DNA of 64,000 nt from Dehalococcoidia bacterium (GCA_963555985.3 OY820591.1:320001-384000); one strand, 5' to 3'. Shown: positions 38,373 through 47,791, counted from the stretch's first letter. Numbers and translations: made by a program. Notes: a model not told the origin generated them from the letters alone.

Positions 38373-39998
38373 CTAGGCGAGGCGGAAGCCTTCGTAGCCG
38401 TTGGCGGCGGATTGCGCCAGGTGTTCGCGGTAGCGGAGGGAGCCTCCGGGGTAGATCTGGTAGCGGGTTTGGTCGTGCTTGCCGTGGCCTTCGACGTTGG
38501 AGTTGTAGCCGGTGAACCAGCTTTTGACTTTGCTCATGAGCTGGAACTGGTACATCTCCTGGACATGTTGGAGCCAATCCAACTCGGCTTGCTGGTCGGC
38601 TTCGACGCGGCGATAGCCGTGGTCGCGCATGTAGCTGAGCAGGTCGGAAATCCAGTCGACGGAGGTCTCGATGCCGCGGGGGAAGTTGGTGGAGACGGAG
38701 CCGCCCTGGGGTCCGGTGAGCATGAGCAGGTTGGGGAAGCCGGCGGCCTGCATTCCGAGGAAGGTGTGGGGGCCGTCGGCCCAGCGGTCGCGCAGGGCGA
38801 GGCCGCCGGCGCCGGTGAAGTTGATCCGGTCGAAGGCGCCGGTGATTGCGTCGAAGCCGGTGGCGTAGATGATTAGGTCGAACTCGAACTCCTGGTAGGA
38901 GGTGCGGATGCCGTTGGGGGTGATCCGCTCGATTGGGGTCTCGCTGATGTCGATCAGGTGGACGTTGCCGCGGTTGTAGGCCTCGTAGTAGCGGGTTTCG
39001 AGGGGGACGCGGCGGGTGCCGAAGCCGTGGTCTTTGGGGATCAGCTTTTCGGCGGTGATCGGGTCGTGGACGCGCTCACGGATCTTGCCGGCGATGAATT
39101 CGGAGTACTCGGCGTTGGCTTCGGGGTTGATGCCGACGTCGATGAAGTTGCTCATCCACTTGCTGAAGCCGGGGGTTTCGTAGAGCTTCTGCCAGAGCGC
39201 GAGGCGCTCTTCTTCGGGCACGTCGTGGAACTTGCGCGGATCGGGGGCGTGGATGAAGCCGCCGGCGTTGCGGTGGCAGAGGTCGAAGATCTCGTCGTAG
39301 GAGGCTTTGATCGCGGCCATCTCGGTCTCGTCGATGGGGCCGTTGTGGAGCGGCGCGCACCAGTTGGGTCGGCGCTGGAAGACGGTCAGATCGCCGACCT
39401 TATCGGCGATCTCGGCGATCACCTGGACGCCGGTCGCGCCGGTGCCGATCACGGCGACGCGCTTGCCCCCCATGTCGACCGGCTCGTGGGGCCAGTAGTA
39501 GGTGTGCCAGGCTTCGCCTTCGAAGCTGTCAATGCCCTCGATCCGGGGCAGGGTGGCGGCGGAGAGCATGCCGATCGCGGTGAGCAGGAAGCGGCTGGTG
39601 AGTTCGCGGCCGTCTTCAAGGTTGACCCTCCAGAAGCAACCCTGCTCGTCGAACGAGGCGCCGGCGACCTTGCAGCCGAACTGCATGTGGCGGCGCAGAT
39701 CGAACTTGTCGACGACGTGGTTGAGGTAGCGCAGGGTCTCGGGCTGTCCGGCGAAGTGCTCGCTCCAGTCCCACTCGTCGAGCAGTTCTTTGGAGAAGGA
39801 GTAGCCGTAGGTGTAGCTCTCGGAGTCGAAGCGGGCGCCGGGGTAGCGGTTCCAGTACCAGGTGCCGCCGGGTCCGTCGGCGGTTTCGAGGACGGTGGCT
39901 TCGATGCCGAGTTCTTGGAGGCGGTAGAGCTGGTAGATGCCGGCGACGCCGGCGCCGATGATGATGGCTTCGTGCTGGGGTTGGTCTTGATCGGTCAT
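38373..39998 (-). CDS. type I Baeyer-Villiger monooxygenase
   Basis: GAGVAG, GGTWYWNRYPGARFD, FEGEAWHTYYWP, GTGATG. Confidence 0.92.
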   Translation of the reverse strand: MTDQDQPQHEAIIIGAGVAGIYQLYRLQELGIEATVLETADGPGGTWYWNRYPGARFDSESYTYGYSFSKELLDEWDWSEHFAGQPETLRYLNHVVDKFDLRRHMQFGCKVAGASFDEQGCFWRVNLEDGRELTSRFLLTAIGMLSAATLPRIEGIDSFEGEAWHTYYWPHEPVDMGGKRVAVIGTGATGVQVIAEIADKVGDLTVFQRRPNWCAPLHNGPIDETEMAAIKASYDEIFDLCHRNAGGFIHAPDPRKFHDVPEEERLALWQKLYETPGFSKWMSNFIDVGINPEANAEYSEFIAGKIRERVHDPITAEKLIPKDHGFGTRRVPLETRYYEAYNRGNVHLIDISETPIERITPNGIRTSYQEFEFDLIIYATGFDAITGAFDRINFTGAGGLALRDRWADGPHTFLGMQAAGFPNLLMLTGPQGGSVSTNFPRGIETSVDWISDLLSYMRDHGYRRVEADQQAELDWLQHVQEMYQFQLMSKVKSWFTGYNSNVEGHGKHDQTRYQIYPGGSLRYREHLAQSAANGYEGFRLA

Positions 39999-40040
39999 CG
40001 TTCGCTCCTTCGCTCAGGCAAGGCAGAGGCTAGTCCGCGA

Positions 40041-40341
40041 GGGGTTGTTCGGCAACGAAAAAAAATCGTTGGCGTTCAGGTGTTCAGGGACAATTTTTTT
40101 CTGGGGGCCTTTGCGTGCGAATCTCCGGTAAAACACTGGAGATCGTGTGTTCGGTCGTTCAGCTTTGTTCAGGTTGGGGTGTTCGATTGCGTTCGATTTC
40201 GTTCGGCTAGGTTCGCGGGTGTTTTTCGGTGTGCTGTCAGGTTGTCCGGGGTTCGTCCGGATGGCGGCGATGGTCATGTTGGCTGCTTGCGGATGCGGGT
40301 TTGCGGGTTGGGTGGGATCGATTATATACGTATGGATGTGC
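40041..40341 (-). repeat. dispersed ~270-300-bp element, copy 1 (homologous to 47425-47700)
   Basis: Shared GGCGTTCAGGTGTTCAGGGACAATTTTTTT(T)CTGGGG..CGAATCTCCGGTAAAACACT core; GTTCG repeats every 10 bp at 40181-40220; TATAAT at 40321-40326 on the minus strand. Confidence 0.8.
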
Positions 40342-40472
40342 TGTTAGAGTGGGGGGGGTTGGCTGAGAGTGTCGGAGGCGACAGTCGTCATGGCGGAGAA
40401 GTGGAGGCGCGGCGCATCTTGGCTGAACGCAGTACCGTCGTTCGGAGCCGGACCCGCCTGGGAGCTGACGCC

Positions 40473-41456
40473 ATGTTGCCGTCGATCCGCATCGACAGCT
40501 GGGACGATTGGACTCGGGTCTACAACGACGTCTCCGTCTGGCGGGGTCTCATCGACGCGATTTGCGTGCGGGAGGGCCTCGGCTACCGGCAAATCCATCC
40601 GGCCAGCGCGAACACCAACGCCGTCTTCCTCCTCGACCGCGCCTACGCACTCAAGATTTACAGCCCGTTTTGGGACGAGTTCGAGTTTGAGTGCGCGCTG
40701 CTTGACGCGCTCGGGCCTAACGAGGAAATTCCCACTCCGTACCTCGTCGGCTCCGGACAAGTCAGCGATGCTGCCGGAGTGGCCTGGGACTATCTGATCA
40801 CCCGCTACTGCGCAGCCCGACCCTACTCGGAGCTTCGCCAGCAACTTTCCGAAGATGACGCCTTGTCGATCGCCGCGCAGCTTGGCCCGACGCTGCGCGC
40901 GCTGCACGAATTGGATCTGAATCTGGTTGCCAACGCGGCGACCGAGCGGGCCTGGACCGATGTCGTAGCCGAGCGCCGGCGCAATGCGCTCAATGAGCTC
41001 ATTCAAGCAGGAGTGCTGAGCGCCGCCATTGTCAGTTCCCTCGAATTCTCGCTTGACGATGCGATCGCGGCGGACCGGCAAGAGTCTCGCGTCATCGCGC
41101 ATGGCGACCTCGGCGCCGATCACGTGCTTTGCGCGCCAACCGACAACGGCTGGCAAATCGAAGCGCTGATCGACTTCGGAGACGCCAAGATCGGAACGTG
41201 GGAATACGAGTGGATGCCGCTGTGGCTGGGCTGTTTCGCCGGCGAACCTGGCTTCGCCCGCGTTTTCCTCAACGCCTACGATCCTACCCTTCTAGAAGAT
41301 CCCGAATTCCCCAGGCGAGCCGTCGCCTGGACTCTCCTCCACGACTTCGGCGCCGACGAGATCAAGAGGCTTTGGCGAGAGCAGGGTGCGGTTGGGCCGA
41401 TTGAGTCGATCGAAGTGCTGAAGCAGTTGCTCTGTCCAGAATCGATCTTGCCGTGA
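40473..41456 (+). CDS. aminoglycoside phosphotransferase (APH)/choline kinase-like family protein
   Basis: NAVFLL..YALKIY, HGDLGADHV, LIDFGD; ATG 40473 after GGAG. Confidence 0.8.
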   Translation: MLPSIRIDSWDDWTRVYNDVSVWRGLIDAICVREGLGYRQIHPASANTNAVFLLDRAYALKIYSPFWDEFEFECALLDALGPNEEIPTPYLVGSGQVSDAAGVAWDYLITRYCAARPYSELRQQLSEDDALSIAAQLGPTLRALHELDLNLVANAATERAWTDVVAERRRNALNELIQAGVLSAAIVSSLEFSLDDAIAADRQESRVIAHGDLGADHVLCAPTDNGWQIEALIDFGDAKIGTWEYEWMPLWLGCFAGEPGFARVFLNAYDPTLLEDPEFPRRAVAWTLLHDFGADEIKRLWREQGAVGPIESIEVLKQLLCPESILP

Positions 41457-41501
41457 CTCAGGCGTGTTGGGAGACCACGAGCAGACAATAGGGCCACTCT
41501 C

Positions 41502-42173
41502 TTAAGGAATCTGTGATAGGTTCCTGGCTACACTTGCTAAGTTCCTAATAGCAGATGGCAATTCTCTAAACGTAGCGACCTTGGCAGTTGCTTTGGACAA
41601 GTCGTGGGCTGCAGTGAACTCGTTGGCAACCACAATACAGTCAATGCCCGCCGCGATTGCTGACTTCAATCCCCTCGCCGAGTCTTCAACAACAACCGCT
41701 TCAGCGGCAGTCGCGCCAAAGCGTTGGAGCCCTGTCAGATAGGGTTCGGGATGTGGTTTGGCTCGCCCATAATCCTCTACTGTCAGATAGAACTCCATGT
41801 AGTCCAGGATGGAGCGATGTTCATGTATCAAGGCGAAGTCAGGTCGTTTGGATGTCGTAACTATGCCCATCCTATACGTATCTGCGAGTTTGGCTAACGT
41901 TTGCAGAACGCCCTTGATCTCGATGTCTTCGGTCATCAGGTATTCCTGATAGTATCGGTTTCTTAGTTCTCGGCCACGTTTAATTTCAGATTCGGATATT
42001 CCTGAGGCTCGCGCCGCTTCCCAGGCGGAAACTCCATTGGCCATGTTCACCAGGTATGCGTCTCGTGGGAGATCAATGCCGAGAGATTCCAGCGCTCGTT
42101 TGTTTGCCAGGTAATACCAAGATTCTGTTTCGACTAACACCCCGTCATGGTCGAAGAGAATGTATCTTTTCAC
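41502..42173 (-). CDS. HAD-superfamily phosphatase (HAD-IA)
   Basis: LFDHDGVLVET, VTTS, KPHPEPY, VEDSARG; visibly AT-richer than its neighbours. Confidence 0.88.
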   Translation of the reverse strand: MKRYILFDHDGVLVETESWYYLANKRALESLGIDLPRDAYLVNMANGVSAWEAARASGISESEIKRGRELRNRYYQEYLMTEDIEIKGVLQTLAKLADTYRMGIVTTSKRPDFALIHEHRSILDYMEFYLTVEDYGRAKPHPEPYLTGLQRFGATAAEAVVVEDSARGLKSAIAAGIDCIVVANEFTAAHDLSKATAKVATFRELPSAIRNLASVARNLSQIP

Positions 42174-42319
42174 TTTTGCGCTCCGTTCGATTCGTCCGAA
42201 GTCTGGGTCTGCCTGGTACGCGAATGGTATCACAAGGCGGTATTGACTCTGATTCGCCGACGCAGTTCACACATCCATGCTCTCGACCAGGCGCACGGCC
42301 TGGCGTTCTTCGTTGCTGA

Positions 42320-42396
42320 TGGGGGCCCCTCTGGGACGCGAACCTAGGACCTTCGGATTGAAAGTCCGGTGCTCTGGCCGACTGAGCTCAGAGCCC
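42320..42396 (-). pseudogene. degenerate tRNA (Lys-like scaffold, anticodon now TTC)
   Basis: GGGCTCT-GA-GCTCAGTCGGCCAGAGC-A-CCGGA CTTTCAA TCCGA-AGGTC-CTAGG TTCGCGT CCCAG-AGGGGCC-C-CCA; G at position 8, T-loop A58>C, stem mismatches. Confidence 0.7.
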
Positions 42397-42518
42397 AGAG
42401 CCAGTTTACGCGGGTTTCGGGCAGGCGGGGGCTGGGTAGGCTTTGGTCATGCTCTCTCAACTGATGTTGGGAGGCGGTCTGAAGGCAAGAGCGGCGGCAG
42501 CGTACACGGGGATACGAC

Positions 42519-42685
42519 ATGGGCAGAGTGTTCGTGAATATCGAGTTGAGCCTCGATGGGTACATGGTCCTGGCGGGGATGGATGTGGTGCACTGGGATG
42601 ATCCCGCATACCTGAACTGGGCCGCCAAAGGGGGCTGATGGGCTGGATTTTCGAGCTGGAGCACTTCCGCGCCAACCTCGGATAT
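42519..42685 (+). pseudogene. dihydrofolate reductase/RibD-C family N-terminal fragment
   Basis: MGRVFVNIELSLDGYM..HWDDP.Y.NW, frameshift into LMGWIFELEHFRANL, then truncated. Confidence 0.6.
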
Positions 42686-42708
42686 CGCACCCGTGCTATA
42701 TTGGTTCA

Positions 42709-43071
42709 ATGCCAAAGGTCAGCTACTTTCGGGACGACGATGGTTCGGTACCCGTTGCCGACTACATCGTCTCCCTGGACCGGGCTGGCCGCAGCGCGGA
42801 GGCCGCGCGCATACTGCGCGACATCGACCTACTGGCTGAGCATGGCATGGCCGGAGCGCAGCAATTGGGCACTCAGTTCAGCCGAATCATCGATCGCGAT
42901 CTGAGAATCTGGGAGTTGCGTCCCGGCGGGCATCGGATCGCCTATGCCGCCATAGGTGACGAGCTTGTGCTTTTGCACGCGTGGAGAAAAGCGACGGGGC
43001 GACTCGATCCAAGGGCCTTGCGGCGAGCGCAGCGGAACTATCGGCGCGAAGTCGAACGGACGGGCTCGTAG
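42709..43071 (+). CDS. RelE/ParE (Gp49/HigB-like) toxin
   Basis: YFRDDDGSVPVADYI, IWELRPGGHRIAY, LVLLHAWRK. Confidence 0.8.
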   Translation: MPKVSYFRDDDGSVPVADYIVSLDRAGRSAEAARILRDIDLLAEHGMAGAQQLGTQFSRIIDRDLRIWELRPGGHRIAYAAIGDELVLLHAWRKATGRLDPRALRRAQRNYRREVERTGS

Positions 43072-43096
43072 GGGTCCGAGCGGAACGGACGAAACC

Positions 43097-43438
43097 ATGG
43101 CTGATCAACAAGGACTGACTCACGCTGAGGTGCGCGACCGGTTGCTTCGCGAGGGCAGTCAGGAACTACGCGAAGAATACGCCCGGCTCGAACTCCGCAA
43201 TGCCGCGATTGGCGCGTTGCTGCGTGCGCGGCGGACGCGCAAACTGACTCAGCAGCAGCTCGCCGAACTTGCCGGTGTCAGCCAGGGCGTGATCAGTCGC
43301 CTCGAGAGCGGCGAGCACAGCCCCAAGCTGGAGACACTCGACCAAATCGCACGGGCGATGGATTACCGCTTGGAGATCAAGCTCGTCGACAACCGCAGGA
43401 GCCGAGCCGCCCAGCATCGACGCAGGGTGTCCAGATAG
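43097..43438 (+). CDS. XRE-family HTH antitoxin (HigA-like)
   Basis: LTQQQLAELAGVSQGVISRLESG..PKLETLDQIA. Confidence 0.85.
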   Translation: MADQQGLTHAEVRDRLLREGSQELREEYARLELRNAAIGALLRARRTRKLTQQQLAELAGVSQGVISRLESGEHSPKLETLDQIARAMDYRLEIKLVDNRRSRAAQHRRRVSR

Positions 43439-43626
43439 CATCACGCTTCGCTCCCCTCCGCTGTGCAGGGCTGGCCGGTTGGCGGTGTCGCGCACAGGTG
43501 ATCGGTTCGACGGCCTGGGCGCTGACGCCGCTGCGGTTCTGCTATGTTCGGCTTGATTGCGACCGGTGTCGTTGGCGCTCTGGGTTGGGCGCGGACGGCC
43601 GGGATGCTAGGGATTGGAGGCCTGAG

Positions 43627-45021
43627 ATGTCTGGGGAGCGGCTGGAGTTGATGGCGCATTTGATGCGCCGGGTTGGTGTTGGGGCTCGGCGGGACGAGCT
43701 CGAGGCGCTGGCGGCGCGGCCGTATGCAGAGGTGGTTGAGGAGCTGCTGCACCCGGAGGCGTTCAGCGATCCCGACCAGGATGTGATCGAGCGCTACCTG
43801 CCGACCTCCACCTCGGTCGAACTGTTGACGGCGCCGGCCTCGCGCTGGATTTACAACATGGCCAACGGTCCGCGGCCGCTGCGCGAGAAGATGGCGCTGC
43901 TCTGGCACCAGGTCTTCGCGACCGCGTACTTCAAGGCTGTCCACGCGCGGACGATGGACGCGCAGATCGAGCGCTTCCGCGAGAACGGGCTGGGCAGCAT
44001 GCGCCAGATTCTGCTCGACCTCTCGCGCGACCCGGCGATGATCGACTGGCTGGACAACTCGGAGAATCACGCCGACTCGATCAATGAGAACTACGGGCGC
44101 GAACTGCTGGAACTGTTCTCGCTGGGGATCGGCAACTACAGCGAGGACGACGTCAAGTCGGCGGCGCGGGCGTTTACCGGTTGGACGATCGTGCCGGGGC
44201 CGCCGATCAACCCCTACGAGATGAATGACGGGAAGTTCCTCTTCGACCCGGACGACCACGACAGCGAGGAGAAGATGTTCCTCGGTGAGACGGTCGTCAG
44301 CGGCGAGGACGTGATTGACGTGATCGTCGGGCAGGAAGCCTGTGCGCGCTTCATTGCGCGTCATCTCTACAACTTCTTCGTCGCGGACGAGCCGCCGGTG
44401 CCCTCGTGGCATCAGACGCCGCCGCGCGACCCGGAGGCGATCGAGGCGCTGGCCGCGACCTTCCTCGAATCCGAGGGCGACATCCGCGAGGTGATGCGGA
44501 CGCTGCTCAACTCCGACTTCTTCAAGGCGGCGCGGTTCCAGCGGGTCAAGAGTCCGGTGGAGTTCGTGGGCGGGGTGATCAAGCTTGCCGGAGCGCCGCA
44601 GTTCCCCGACCTCTCGCTGACGGAACTGTCGCGGGCGGCGGAGTTGATGGGCCAGAAGCTGTACGACCCGCCCTCGGTCGAGGGTTGGCACACGGGCCAG
44701 GAGTGGTTTGACTCCGGCACGCTGACGCAGCGGGTCAACTTCGCGGTGGAACAGGTGATGGACACCTCCAAGCCCGGGATCGCCCAGATCGTGGAGCGAG
44801 TCGCCGCCGAAGGCGACGCCAGCCCCGAGCAGCTCGTCGACCGCTGCCTCGAACTCTGCGGTCCGCTCGAGGTCAAGCCGCAGACGCGGGCCGAGTTGAT
44901 CGAGCGTGCGCAGGAGGGCGGGACGCTCAGCTTCGGCAACGGCGCCAGCGCCGAGGCCGAGAACCGAATCGGACGGATGGTGCAGCTGATCGTGGCTGCG
45001 CCCGAGTATCAGTTTGCCTAA
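43627..45021 (+). CDS. DUF1800 domain protein
   Basis: HLMRR.G.G, LREKMALLWH, DPAMIDWLD, NENYGRELLELFSLG, ARAFTGW, PPSVEGW. Confidence 0.9.
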   Translation: MSGERLELMAHLMRRVGVGARRDELEALAARPYAEVVEELLHPEAFSDPDQDVIERYLPTSTSVELLTAPASRWIYNMANGPRPLREKMALLWHQVFATAYFKAVHARTMDAQIERFRENGLGSMRQILLDLSRDPAMIDWLDNSENHADSINENYGRELLELFSLGIGNYSEDDVKSAARAFTGWTIVPGPPINPYEMNDGKFLFDPDDHDSEEKMFLGETVVSGEDVIDVIVGQEACARFIARHLYNFFVADEPPVPSWHQTPPRDPEAIEALAATFLESEGDIREVMRTLLNSDFFKAARFQRVKSPVEFVGGVIKLAGAPQFPDLSLTELSRAAELMGQKLYDPPSVEGWHTGQEWFDSGTLTQRVNFAVEQVMDTSKPGIAQIVERVAAEGDASPEQLVDRCLELCGPLEVKPQTRAELIERAQEGGTLSFGNGASAEAENRIGRMVQLIVAAPEYQFA

Positions 45022-45042
45022 GTCCCAGAGGAGGGACCGACC

Positions 45043-46212
45043 ATGACGACAACCGCAGCCAAGCCCCCGGTGCTGGTGGTGATCCAGCTCGCCGGCGGGC
45101 TCGACTTTCTCAACACCGTGATCCCCTACCAGAGCGGGATCATCCGCGATGCGCGGCCGACCGTGAGCGTGCCGGTTGAAGAGACCTTGCCGCTCAACAA
45201 CGAGCTGGCCTGGCACCCGTCGCTGACGCCGATCCAGGAGCTCTACGACGCCGGCAATGTCGCCGTCGTGCAGGGCGTCGGCTGGGAGCACCAGGACGGT
45301 CCCGGCGCGGACCGCTCGCACTTCCGCGCGACCGACATCTGGCACACCTGCACGCCCGACAAGATCTCGACCGAGGGCTGGCTGGGCAAACTGACGCGCG
45401 AGTTCGACCCGCAATCGCAGAACCCGGTCACGGCGGTCAACTTCGGGCTCGGATTGCCGCGCGCGCTGGCCGCGCCGGGGGTGACCGTGACCTCGGTGGA
45501 CTCGCTCGACCGGTTCGGTCTGATGACTGAGATCGAGTTGGAGCAGGAGCGGGCCAAGGATCTGGACAGCTTCAAGCGGATGTATACGCCGGTGGTCGGT
45601 ACCGCGATGGTGCAGGAGTACCTGGCCAAGACCGGTCTGAGCGTGCTCCAGAGCGCGGAGATCCTGGCCGATGCGCCGAGCCAGTACGCCTCCGAGGTGG
45701 AGTACGGGAGCAGCCCGCTCGCGCAGTCGCTGCGCGATATCGCGCGGGTGCACACCGCCGGGCTGGGGTCGCGCATCTTCTACACCCTGCAGCGCGGCTA
45801 CGACACGCACTCGGGCCAGAACGACCAGTTGCCCGTGCTGCTGACCCAGCTCTCCGAGGCGATCCGCGACTTCATCCAGGATCTGCGCAACCACAATGCG
45901 TCGGAGGAGGTCACGATCCTCGTCTACACCGAGTTCGGACGGCGGATCCGGGACAACGGCTCGGGTACCGACCACGGCTCCGGCGGCGGCGCCTACATCA
46001 TCGGCGACGGCGTGCGCGGCGGCCTCTACTCCGAGTACCCCTCGCTCGAACCGAGCGACTGGCTCTACGGCGAGGACCTCTCGCACACGATCGACTTCCG
46101 CAGCGTCTACAGCACGCTGCTCGAGCAGTGGCTGGGCGTTGACCCGACCGAGATCGTGGGCGGCACGTTTGAGCAGATTCACCCCTACCGCGAGCCGATC
46201 GGAGTGGGCTGA
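45043..46212 (+). CDS. DUF1501 domain protein (no Tat leader)
   Basis: VVIQLAGG.D, RSHF, GYDTH, TEFGRR, GTDHG, DFRSVY. Confidence 0.9.
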   Translation: MTTTAAKPPVLVVIQLAGGLDFLNTVIPYQSGIIRDARPTVSVPVEETLPLNNELAWHPSLTPIQELYDAGNVAVVQGVGWEHQDGPGADRSHFRATDIWHTCTPDKISTEGWLGKLTREFDPQSQNPVTAVNFGLGLPRALAAPGVTVTSVDSLDRFGLMTEIELEQERAKDLDSFKRMYTPVVGTAMVQEYLAKTGLSVLQSAEILADAPSQYASEVEYGSSPLAQSLRDIARVHTAGLGSRIFYTLQRGYDTHSGQNDQLPVLLTQLSEAIRDFIQDLRNHNASEEVTILVYTEFGRRIRDNGSGTDHGSGGGAYIIGDGVRGGLYSEYPSLEPSDWLYGEDLSHTIDFRSVYSTLLEQWLGVDPTEIVGGTFEQIHPYREPIGVG

Positions 46213-47285
46213 TGACTGTCGAGACGAACGGGGCCAACGGGGCCAGCGCCAACGGCTCCTACGCAGTGCTGCTGCGGGCCGGCTTCCCCTATGAGCAGAC
46301 GCTCGGGCGGCGGCTGGTGACATTCAATCCGATTGACCTTGCGGTCGGCAACAACGGGCGGATCTACACGCTCGGGCGAGGACCGTTCGACACGGGCGGC
46401 CCGGTGCGGATCACGAACTGGGACGACGAAGACCTGGGCGTGGTCCGCCGCCGGCCGGCGGAGCCGACCGATCGGCCCGCCGAAGTGGACTGCGGCTGGG
46501 TCTGGCCATCCGGGATCGTCTGCGATCCGGACGAGCGGATCATCATCTCCGACGAGGCCGACCACACAATCACCATCGTTGCGAACGATCATGAGCAGGT
46601 GGCGCGTTGGGGCGAGCACGGCAGCGGGCCGGGCCAGCTTGATCGTCCGGCGCACATGGCGATCGACGACGAGGGACGCCTGCTCGTGGTGGACACGATG
46701 AACCATCGCGTGCAGCGCTTCACGCTTGAGGGTCAGTACATCGACGGATTCGGCAGCCATGGCAGCGGGTTGGGCGAACTCGATATGCCATGGGGGATCG
46801 CGCTCGACGCGGAGGGCTGCATCTACGTCGGCGACTGGCGCAACGACCGGGTGCAGAAGTTCAGCGCCCCGGGCGAGCCGCTGATGACGATCGGTTCCAG
46901 CGGCAGCGGCGACGGGCAGCTCAACCGTCCGGCGGGCGTGGCCGTCGACCAGCACGGCGACATCTACGTCGCCGACCGCGGTAATCACCGGGTGCTGCTG
47001 TTCAACCGCGAAGGGCGCTACGTGGAGAAGTTCATCGGCGACGCGACGCTCTCGCCGTCGGCGCGGCAGATGGTGCTTGATAGCCCAATCTTCCTGCGCC
47101 AGCGCGATCTGACGGTGCTCGAGGACGAGAAGCGGCTGCGATCGCCCGCCTCGGTGCGGATCGACGGCGAGCGGCTGTTGATCGCCGACTTTGGCTACAA
47201 CCGGGTGCAGGTCTACCGCAAGGAGGCCTATCCGGTGAGCGAGGATCAGGTCGCGCCGATCCCCGCGCGTCCGGCCCTGCGCTAG
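46212..47285 (+). CDS. NHL-repeat beta-propeller protein
   Basis: Repeated GSGxGQLxxPxGxAxD..YVxDxxNxRVQxF units; 1-nt overlap with DUF1501. Confidence 0.9.
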   Translation: MTVETNGANGASANGSYAVLLRAGFPYEQTLGRRLVTFNPIDLAVGNNGRIYTLGRGPFDTGGPVRITNWDDEDLGVVRRRPAEPTDRPAEVDCGWVWPSGIVCDPDERIIISDEADHTITIVANDHEQVARWGEHGSGPGQLDRPAHMAIDDEGRLLVVDTMNHRVQRFTLEGQYIDGFGSHGSGLGELDMPWGIALDAEGCIYVGDWRNDRVQKFSAPGEPLMTIGSSGSGDGQLNRPAGVAVDQHGDIYVADRGNHRVLLFNREGRYVEKFIGDATLSPSARQMVLDSPIFLRQRDLTVLEDEKRLRSPASVRIDGERLLIADFGYNRVQVYRKEAYPVSEDQVAPIPARPALR

Positions 47286-47424
47286 GCCGTCGCCGTTCGC
47301 GCGAGTGTGGCCTGTCGTCCGTTCCTGCACCCACTGCCTGCGTGCGCGCGATGTCCCAGGATGGCGAAGCACAGTTCGAACTCGCTGACGGCGATGTTGA
47401 GGTCGGGCATGGCCGCTTCGCGCT

Positions 47425-47791
47425 GGGGTTGTTCGGCAGTGAGGGAGCTTGTCGGCGTTCAGGTGTTCAGGGACAATTTTTTTTCTGGGGCCTTTGCGGG
47501 CGAATCTCCGGTAAAACACTGAGGATCGCGTGTTCGGTCGTTCAGCCTTGTTCAGGTTGGGGCGTCCGGATCAGTCCAGATTCGTCTGGATCTGTCCAGT
47601 TTTCGGGGGTGTTCTTCTGCGTGGCGCCAGGTCATTCCAGGGTTTGTCCGGATGGTGGGGATGGTTCATGTTGGTTCCTTTCGGATGCGGGTTCGGGCTT
47701 GTTCGATTCCGTTCGGCATTGGGCGTGTGGTTCGGGCGATGGTCGGGCTGGTGGCTGTGTCGGCGAACGGGTTGTTGCCCACTCAACTCTA
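47425..47791 (-). repeat. dispersed element, copy 2 (homologous to 40041-40300) carrying both 10-bp repeat types
   Basis: Core identity with 40041; GTCCAGAT-type repeats 47564-47603; GTTCG repeats 47691-47720; GAAAGGA RBS before ATG 47669. Confidence 0.75.

Noticed and set aside
38958-40472. 832-aa ORF suggesting a large fusion to the APH kinase
   Set aside because: The upstream part is antisense to the BVMO and crosses a repeat; the real start is ATG 40473 with an RBS.
40473-41456. Antibiotic resistance gene
   Set aside because: Only generic APH-fold motifs are present, and the substrate cannot be inferred.
43441-46323. 960-aa minus-strand ORF and many other long antisense ORFs (e.g. 9807-11375, 56471-58393, 36843-38276)
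   Set aside because: These are shadows of well-supported opposite-strand genes in high-GC DNA and show no motifs.
47282-47424. Minus-strand fragment REAAMPDLNIAVSEFELCFAILGH that looks protein-like
   Set aside because: It is too short to assign and may be another gene scar.
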